64,000 bases of DNA from Promethearchaeati archaeon SRVP18_Atabeyarchaeia-1. GTDB lineage: Archaea; Asgardarchaeota; Atabeyarchaeia; Atabeyarchaeales; Atabeyarchaeaceae. Where the stretch lies: contig CP147779.1 in the NCBI GenBank assembly GCA_037308085.1, positions 480,001 through 544,000 on the forward strand, read 5' to 3'. A program made the translations under genes and the position numbers. Below, piece by piece: positions 61,120 to 64,000 of this stretch. The notes below the pieces were generated by a model. The model was not told where the DNA came from, searched no databases, and saw only the letters and a program-made list of their open reading frames with translations. The stretch's first letter is position 1. Each line of letters begins with the position of its first letter.

Positions 61120-62460
61120 ATGGAAATCATCGACAAGACGCTGAAGCTCCTGGAGAACTATCCTCTCTGTGACAACTGCCTTGGAAGGCAATTCGCCTTG
61201 TTGGGAGTCGGTCTTGACAATAAGTCAAGAGGTAAGACCTTGAAGAATGTCCTTCTAATGCGGGCCCATCTTCTAATGGAGAATGAGGGTAGTAGAGATG
61301 AAGCGACGAGGGTTCTCAGAATCCTGGCGAGCAAAGGCAACTATGAGCCGGCAGTAAGGACTCTGGAGAAACTTGTTATAGCTCAAGAGGGAAAGAGTGA
61401 GAAATGCTTCATATGTTCGAACATCCTGGACGGCTTGGACGAACTTGCGGGAATAGCTAGGGACTCTTTGACCGGTTTGGACTTCAAGACTTTTCTCGTT
61501 GGCTCAACGATCCCGCCTGACGTAATGGAACGAGAGGATCAAATAAGAAGCACTGCAAGTTCTAACTGGTGCGAATCTCTCAAGCGGGAAGTGAACAGAG
61601 AAATCGGCAAGAGACTAAAGCTACTTGTGGATAAGGAGCCGAACTTCGACTCCCCAGATCTGACGATTTCGGTCAGCCCTTTCAATAAAAATGTCTTAGT
61701 CAGGTCTAACCCACTTTTCATTGGCGGACGATACAGGAAGCTCGTAAGAGGTATTCCACAAGCCACCTGGCTCTGCAGGAAGTGCAGAGGATCTGGTTGC
61801 CCCGACTGTAACTGGTCTGGCAGGATGTACGAAAACTCAGTCCAAGATTTCGTTTCCAAGCCGTTCCTGGAGGCGACAAACGGAGCAGAATGCAAGTTCC
61901 ATGGTGCAGGGCGGGAAGACATCGACGCTAGGATGCTTGGAAGCGGTCGGCCGTTCATCTTGGAGGTTAAGGAACCCAAAACGAGATCTGTTGACTTCCA
62001 AGCAGTTGCTGAGAGAATCCGCAACGATTCACAGGATCGCGTGGAGGTACTCGATCTCAGACCCTCATCCCGCGACGAACTTAGGAAAATAAAGACGATG
62101 GCCACGAAAGCTGAAAAGACGTATCGAGCCATTGTAGCTGTTGAAAGAGACGTCTCCGAAGAGGACGTCAAAAGGCTAACCGCCGATTTATCTGGCGCAC
62201 TAATCAAGCAGAGAACCCCCCTAAGAGTCTTGCATAGGAGGGCGGACAAAGTCAGAATAAAGAAAGTCTACAACCTCCAAATCAATTTGATTTCTCCACG
62301 CAAGATGGAGGTCACCGTAACGACGCAAGGAGGACTTTACGTCAAGGAACTAGTGAGCGGGGACGAAAATAGAACTGCACCAAGTTTCTCACAAATACTC
62401 GCGATGAGAGCAGATTGCCAAGAGCTTGACGTCGTCGACGTAGCTGATCAGTTTATATAG
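61120..62460 (+). CDS. pus10: tRNA pseudouridine(54/55) synthase
   Basis: CDNCLGRQF, GRYRKLVRGIPQ, GREDIDARM, QRTP.RV.HRR, GLYVKEL. Confidence 0.96.
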   Translation: MEIIDKTLKLLENYPLCDNCLGRQFALLGVGLDNKSRGKTLKNVLLMRAHLLMENEGSRDEATRVLRILASKGNYEPAVRTLEKLVIAQEGKSEKCFICSNILDGLDELAGIARDSLTGLDFKTFLVGSTIPPDVMEREDQIRSTASSNWCESLKREVNREIGKRLKLLVDKEPNFDSPDLTISVSPFNKNVLVRSNPLFIGGRYRKLVRGIPQATWLCRKCRGSGCPDCNWSGRMYENSVQDFVSKPFLEATNGAECKFHGAGREDIDARMLGSGRPFILEVKEPKTRSVDFQAVAERIRNDSQDRVEVLDLRPSSRDELRKIKTMATKAEKTYRAIVAVERDVSEEDVKRLTADLSGALIKQRTPLRVLHRRADKVRIKKVYNLQINLISPRKMEVTVTTQGGLYVKELVSGDENRTAPSFSQILAMRADCQELDVVDVADQFI

Positions 62461-62587
62461 CCTTAGAAACTTATTTATGGAGCAAAATACCGGAGCGCCG
62501 AAACATCTATCATAATCGCCGGATGATCATCGTCCGTCAAGCTGCGGAACGACACTGACTTCACCTTGGAACCGAGGTAGGTAATTT

Positions 62588-62878
62588 ATGAAAGGCACAA
62601 GAGGGTACAAGAACGGAACAAGAAAACTTCTGCGAAAGCACATCCGAAGCAAGGGTATGATCCCATTGGGAAGGATGCTTCGCGAATACTCGCCTGGTGA
62701 GAAGGTTAACATAATAATAGACTCAAGCATTGCAAAGGGACAACCACACAAGAGATTCCACGGAAAAGTGGGGGAAATAACGGAGAAGAGAGGAAGAGCA
62801 TACGTAGTGCTGGTCAAAGACGGTAATCTTGAGAAGCAGGTGATAGCGAGACCAGAACATCTGGTTCCCCACAAGTAG
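62588..62878 (+). CDS. rpl21e: Ribosomal protein eL21
   Basis: KGQPHKRFHGKVG, RPEHL. Confidence 0.96.
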   Translation: MKGTRGYKNGTRKLLRKHIRSKGMIPLGRMLREYSPGEKVNIIIDSSIAKGQPHKRFHGKVGEITEKRGRAYVVLVKDGNLEKQVIARPEHLVPHK

Positions 62879-62880
62879 AG

Positions 62881-63231
62881 GTGACTTATTTGCCCAAGGA
62901 AGTGCTTGACGAAAGATCTGTAACCCTCGAAGAAGTCCAAGAGCTGCTGAAGGAGAACGAAAAGAGGGGAGAATTGAGTTACATTCAGAGAGTAACACTG
63001 GACTATGCGATCAAGTTCTCTCAGCTTACTTTGGAGAATGCCAAGAAGCTAGTTGATGAACTTCGCGCGGAGTTTAATTTCGATCTTGACACAGCGATAC
63101 AGATCGCCAATTGCCTGCCTGCCTCTCTCAGTGAACTCAGGACCTTTATGGTCGGAACAAAGGAGAACGCGTTAGGTCAAGAGGAACTTGTGAAAATACT
63201 CGAGAAGATTAACAAAACAGCCTCCCGTTAA
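62881..63231 (+). CDS. rpoF: RNA polymerase subunit F (Rpo4)
   Basis: ELSYIQ..LDY..KFS, AIQIAN.LP; conserved L21e-rpoF-DUF655-ksgA order. Confidence 0.92.
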   Translation: MTYLPKEVLDERSVTLEEVQELLKENEKRGELSYIQRVTLDYAIKFSQLTLENAKKLVDELRAEFNFDLDTAIQIANCLPASLSELRTFMVGTKENALGQEELVKILEKINKTASR

Positions 63232-63267
63232 GATATCCGTCACAGCTTGAGGGATGAGGGGGATATC

Positions 63268-63849
63268 ATGTACTCGACTGCCAGGAAATTCGAGGAAGTC
63301 GCTTATGTTCTCGATTTTCTGTTGCAGGGTCATCCAAGTGAGAGGATGCCCTCCTACCAAAGGGAGCAACTTGTCCAAGCCATTGGAGAGCAATATTTCA
63401 CACTTCTTGAACTTACCCCAAGGAGAGACGCGCAATTCACCGCGAGAGAGCGCCTTCTCATAGGAAAGGACGGCAATCAGAAGATTGACCACGTTAGAGG
63501 CCGTATCCAGTACGATGACTTGACCGCTGGGGCCAAGAATGAGCTACCAGAAGTCGTCGAGAACATAATAGGCGCTGGGGAAGAGCGATTCACAAGATTC
63601 TTCAATACTGCTGGTCCAATAACCACAAGATTACACCAGCTTCAACTCCTCCCAGGCGTTGGCAAGAAAACCATGTGGGATATTCTTGACGAAAGAAAGA
63701 AGAAGCCGTTTTCCGGCTTTCAGGATCTAGTTGGTCGTGTGCGCATTCAAGACCCGAAGAAGACAATCGCCAAGAGAGTACTGATGGAACTCCAGAGTGA
63801 GGACAAGTATCAGATTTTCACTTGGAAATACAAAGCGCCTCAGCAGTAG
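63268..63849 (+). CDS. DUF655 family protein
   Basis: AYVLD, FTLLE, FFN.A.PIT.RLH.L.LLPGVGKK. Confidence 0.92.
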   Translation: MYSTARKFEEVAYVLDFLLQGHPSERMPSYQREQLVQAIGEQYFTLLELTPRRDAQFTARERLLIGKDGNQKIDHVRGRIQYDDLTAGAKNELPEVVENIIGAGEERFTRFFNTAGPITTRLHQLQLLPGVGKKTMWDILDERKKKPFSGFQDLVGRVRIQDPKKTIAKRVLMELQSEDKYQIFTWKYKAPQQ

Positions 63850-63883
63850 CCCGAAGAAGAGAAGAATTCCCGATGAGAGAACA

Positions 63884-64000
63884 ATGCAACCTAACCCACT
63901 CTCGGTCCGCAGAATTTTGACTGATAATAGGATAAGACCAACTAAGAGGAAGGGGCAACACTTCATATTAGATCAGGGCCTCGTTGAGAAAGAAGTCGGT
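63884..64000 (+). CDS. rsmA: 16S rRNA dimethyltransferase KsgA/Dim1 (5' part, runs off the window)
   Basis: RPTKRKGQHFILD motif and gene context. Confidence 0.85.
   Translation, partial: MQPNPLSVRRILTDNRIRPTKRKGQHFILDQGLVEKEVG

Noticed and set aside
62520-62572. Possible C/D box sRNA (ATGATCA...CTGA) upstream of rpl21e
   Set aside because: Imperfect C box, no clear C'/D' boxes and no identifiable target.

Overview
Archaeal chromosomal window, most likely Asgard archaeon (paired Snf7/ESCRT-III genes, roadblock protein, presenilin-like protease, eL38, RPA32-like protein, UGA-recoded peroxiredoxin). It is mostly core information-processing genes: the RNA polymerase operon with inteins in rpoB and rpoA1, translation factors, ribosomal proteins, and ribosome biogenesis genes. 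Two accessory stretches lie at about 13.4-17.6 kb and 27.8-39.3 kb. The main signal is pervasive bulge-helix-bulge (BHB) splicing. All six tRNA genes carry introns (14 in total, up to 4 in one gene), and the protein-coding gene ahcY is interrupted by a 34-nt intron with a complete hBHBh' motif whose removal restores the conserved GHPSEVMDMSF sequence. Other notable items: a six-copy direct repeat punctuating an array of unrelated cargo genes (30.2-37.1 kb), a likely selenoprotein (UxxC), a stand-alone omegaRNA/HEARO-like element, unexplained structured intergenic RNAs, a tRNA-Glu with C at two normally invariant U positions, and loss of rps12 from its usual operon position. All calls were made by eye from the sequence; no database searches were run.
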